Source of the DNA: Minisyncoccota bacterium
GTDB taxonomy: Bacteria > Patescibacteriota > Minisyncoccia > Minisyncoccales > JAGOPM01
Direction: 5' to 3'
DNA: 64,000 bases
Assembly (NCBI GenBank): GCA_041651395.1
Contig: JBAZJI010000001.1
Location: 571,920-635,919, forward strand
Shown in pieces: positions 62,974-64,000 of this stretch. The translations under genes and the position numbers were made by a program. The notes beneath the pieces were generated by a model. The model worked only from the letters and a program-made list of their open reading frames with translations. It was not told the DNA's origin and searched no databases. Positions within the stretch are counted from its first letter, which is position 1, and the number at the start of each line of letters is the position of its first letter.

Positions 62974-64000
62974 TTAATATTCTTTTACTCGTTCTTGACC
63001 ACTCAAAACCCTCAATACACCATCGCGCAAAGCTTCCATCTCTTTTTCACCCGGGTAAACTGATATCCCGATATTAAGCGCGATCAAATCTCTTTTAATT
63101 GATTCAACCAATAATATCCAATTAGCAACTCCACCAGTTAGGATTATCTGGTCTATTTGCTCCCCTTCAAAATCTGGGATTAAAGAACAAATAGCCCTAG
63201 AATTTCCAGCTATCATTTCATCGATTACATCTTTTTGATCTTTGCTGAATTCTGAATATTTTTTTGATAATTCCTCCAAATCTTTCACTCCCAAATGCGC
63301 GAATATCCCGCCCCCGCCTGATATTAAATGCAAAAGCTCTTTTTCTGTTTTTCTTCCAGAAAAGCAAAGTTTTATCAAGGCTTGGGCAGGTATGGCGCCG
63401 GATCTTTCCGGGGTCATCGGGCCTTCTCCTGCTACAGCATTAATAACATTTATTGCTCGGCCCTTTTTATGGGCTGCAAAAGATGATCCTCCTCCCAGAT
63501 GGGCAATTATCAAATTCAGATCTTCGTATTTCCTCCCAATACTTTTGGCATACTCCCGCCCTACGGCTTTTTGATTCAAGGCATGCCAGCCAGGATATCT
63601 TTTTATCTCAGGGATACCTGTCAATTTATGCTTTTCTTCGATTTCATCAGTGGAGACCGGATCGACTATAAAAACTCGATTACTTATCCCAAAAATTTTT
63701 GAGATTTCAAAGGCCAAAGCCGCTCCGAGATTAGAGGCATGGACGGCTAAGGGTCGATTTTTTAATGTCTCTATAATCTTGGGAGTCACCAGATAAGTTC
63801 CAGAAACTACATCCGGCAGATTGCCACCCCGCCCGACAACAGCGCCAAGCTCTTTGATTTTATTATCAGATAAAATCTGCTTTATGGCATTAAGCCGAAA
63901 ATCAAGTTGGTCAAAAATATCTCCAGGACTTGAAAAACGCGCCTGAAAGTCTAGATCCTGGTTATGATTGATTTTATGCTCAAAAATTGAATCCTTGCCT
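62974..64000 (-). CDS. buk: Butyrate kinase (acetate/butyrate kinase family), 5' end outside window
   Basis: The frame stays open upstream of Met 63789 to the window edge (...GRGGNLPDVVSGTYLVTPKIIETL...). Shows IIAHLGGGSSFAAHKKGR and GEGPMTPERSG. Confidence 0.8.
   Translation of the reverse strand, partial: GKDSIFEHKINHNQDLDFQARFSSPGDIFDQLDFRLNAIKQILSDNKIKELGAVVGRGGNLPDVVSGTYLVTPKIIETLKNRPLAVHASNLGAALAFEISKIFGISNRVFIVDPVSTDEIEEKHKLTGIPEIKRYPGWHALNQKAVGREYAKSIGRKYEDLNLIIAHLGGGSSFAAHKKGRAINVINAVAGEGPMTPERSGAIPAQALIKLCFSGRKTEKELLHLISGGGGIFAHLGVKDLEELSKKYSEFSKDQKDVIDEMIAGNSRAICSLIPDFEGEQIDQIILTGGVANWILLVESIKRDLIALNIGISVYPGEKEMEALRDGVLRVLSGQERVKEY

Noticed and set aside
1-64000. Alternative genetic code (UGA recoding, as in some CPR lineages)
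   Set aside because: TGA ends several genes at their expected family lengths (the PP2C gene with its ATGA overlap, the kinase, the 37237 lipoprotein gene). No conserved gene appears truncated by an in-frame TGA.
1-64000. Search for CRISPR arrays, tRNA/rRNA genes, IS elements or integrases
   Set aside because: I saw no regularly spaced direct repeats, no tRNA-like T-arm/acceptor patterns in intergenic regions, and no transposase- or integrase-like ORFs. All intergenic gaps are short (up to about 400 nt).

Overview
This is a gene-dense (about 90% coding) 64-kb bacterial chromosomal window with about 60 supportable CDS. It uses the standard code: TGA, TAA and TAG all end full-length genes. GC is mid to low. 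Several consensus TTGAYT-17-TATAAT promoters are visible, most genes have SD sites, a few are leaderless, and many intergenic hairpin+T-tract terminators are present. I found no rRNA, tRNA, CRISPR array, transposase or integrase. Recognisable housekeeping genes are dnaE (3' end), typA, thrS, miaB-miaA, truD, nagZ, purC, pyrB, an rlmB-like gene, xth, dus, buk (partial), a class I aldolase, an ABC permease/ATPase pair and a deoxyhypusine-synthase-like gene. Scattered single nucleotide-biosynthesis genes, many giant or Cys-rich secreted proteins and many small membrane proteins suggest a Patescibacteria/CPR-like organism; that is inference only. The most interesting region is 17.5-35.6 kb on the minus strand. 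It holds (i) a 5-gene operon joining a Udk-like kinase, a J-domain/kinase-like protein, a vWA protein, a barrel-only pyruvate-kinase-like protein and a divergent PurA-like ligase. It also holds (ii) a PP2C-kinase-vWA (TerY-P-like) operon with an embedded nicotinamidase-family hydrolase, sitting directly downstream of an NrtR-like Nudix/wHTH regulator. The two operons bracket a 7-kb surface-protein operon that contains tandem Cys-rich paralogues, a 33-Cys tail protein and a frameshift-split gene. All family calls rest on motifs read by eye, and no database search was run.
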